A stretch of 64,000 nt of DNA, from positions 81,052,897 to 81,116,896 of the forward strand of contig NC_068989.1 in assembly GCF_001194135.2 (NCBI RefSeq), in the 5' to 3' direction. Within the stretch, counting starts at the first letter, position 1, and every line of letters starts with the position of its first letter. Made by a program: the position numbers and the translations under genes. The notes beneath the pieces are model-generated. The model ran no database searches, was not told the DNA's origin, and worked only from the letters and a program-made list of their open reading frames with translations. Positions 62,582 through 64,000 of the stretch are shown in pieces. Source of the DNA: Octopus bimaculoides. Taxonomy: Eukaryota.

Positions 62582-63529
62582 TGTGTTGATAATATGCCAC
62601 AAACAATAACACTCTCTTTCTTTGGTAGAAAGATTTTGATCAATTCCAAAATTTTTCCTTATAATTTCTAACGTTGGAAAAATGTTACAAAAAGCATAGA
62701 AATATACTCTTTAGCTGTAGTCATTGATTCAGTGCTTGTGCCAAAGAGAGCTGAGTGCATCTAGCTTGATATCCAGTTTCTGAGTTTAGGTTATCATTCT
62801 GCTAAAGGGAAATTAGACAATGCCTCTTTCATGATGTTGCTAAGGATTTTATTTTCCCACAATTGCTTATCAAGAGCTCCGAGATTGATAAGATTGCTAT
62901 TGTTAATGTGTTGCTTAAAATGTTGGAAAGAGAAGTTCAAGGAGGGGATATCAAATTTGTGGCATTCTAGGGAAGAAAGACTGGGTTAGGTTTAGCAGAA
63001 GGCCTGTGGGTTGGAGGCAACAGTGGTTATGAGAGGAAGCGAAAGAACTGGGTTAAGAATGCTTGAGTAGAAGTGATATAAGACCAACTATCTCCAAGAT
63101 GCAGAGACCTTTGTAGTAGGTCATAGAGAAGGCAGAGAGAGGAGACAGTACTTCTTTGGTTGAAGTGTATCTGCGAATGACTTTATAATATTATAATTTT
63201 TATACCTTTTTCATGTGTTAATATATGCATACTAAGGCAGCAAGCGGACAGAAACATTAGCATGCCGGGTGAAATGCTTAGCGGTATTTCGTCTGACTTT
63301 ACATTCTGAGTTCAAATTCCACCGAGGTAGGCTTTGCTTTTCATCTTATTTCCAAGGAATTTTCAAGGAAAAGGAAATGCAATGGTTATTTTCTATACAT
63401 TTTCCCTATATTCTTTTAGATCATTTCCCTTGTTCTATTAATTGCAAATGTTAGGAGATAGAAAATGAGAAACTTAGAGTAATAGATTATGAAGTTTTTA
63501 GCTTCTAATGTGTATGTGTATATATATAT

Positions 63530-64000
63530 ACTAGCAGAGATACCCGGCGTTGCCCGTGTTACATGCAATTGAAAAATGAGACTTTTCTGTTATATTTTCT
63601 GTAAGGAACTGGAATACATATGATTCGAATTTCATCAAAATTGCACATGAGGGTTCTTTCCCTCTTTACACACCCTAAAAAAATTCTAATCATGAGACAT
63701 GTATCCCATACTATTGATCTTTATGCGCATATTCCAAAATTTCAGTCTTCTGGAACCTGTGAAAAAGATTTTGCTCCTGCAAAATGGAGCTCATGGAGCT
63801 CTAAAATGTGGGAATGAAGGCCCCTATTGAGGGTGGGGGTGTTAATGTCAACCAAAGGAGTTGAATTGTTGGGAATGTTTTTACTTGGGTCTTATAGTAT
63901 GCCTGTATATATGTGAGAGTATAGTCTCACTTTAATAGTTTCAGTATGAAATTGAAAATATTAAAGTGAAAATATTTGAAATTACAGTAGCGACATGTTA
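63530..64000 (+). mobile_element. Non-autonomous Helitron/Helentron-like element, 5' part; right end not resolved
   Basis: Begins after (TA)n with ACTAGCAGAGATACCCGGCGTTGCCCGTG, the ACTAG..ACCCGGCGTTGCCCG terminus seen in invertebrate non-autonomous Helitron-type repeats. Confidence 0.5.

Overview
AT-rich, repeat-dense animal genomic DNA from a gapped short-read assembly (11 N-runs, mostly abutting microsatellites). The SINE/RTE repertoire and the (CAT)n/(TA)n/(CA)n load look like a coleoid cephalopod (Octopus-like); this is inference from repeat recognition, not a database hit. Host-gene content I can support: (1) the 5' end of a d4/requiem (DPF1/2/3, BAF45) gene on the minus strand, with three coding exons (8931-8912, 1236-1073, 798-679) that splice in frame to encode the Requiem_N domain and a CpG-rich E-box/CRE/ETS promoter at about 8940-9030; the gene runs off the left edge. 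(2) A 333-aa uninterrupted plus-strand ORF (49027-50028) that I cannot assign to a family, lying in a CpG-preserved island and carrying a candidate PP1-docking module. Most of the rest is transposon debris: several SINE families, RTE, RTE-BovB and CR1/L2-type LINE fragments, DD37D and mariner remnants, hAT and piggyBac-type MITEs, a Gypsy integrase fragment and a Helitron-like end. The most unusual structures are a 203-bp MITE with 41-bp perfect TIRs and an 8-bp TSD enclosing head-to-head telomere-like repeats just downstream of the orphan ORF, and a Penelope-like inverted-repeat element with a hammerhead-like motif just upstream of it. I found no rRNA, genuine tRNA or CRISPR array, and nothing that demonstrates a new multi-gene system. 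SINE family letters A-F are my own working labels and SINE/LINE boundaries are approximate.
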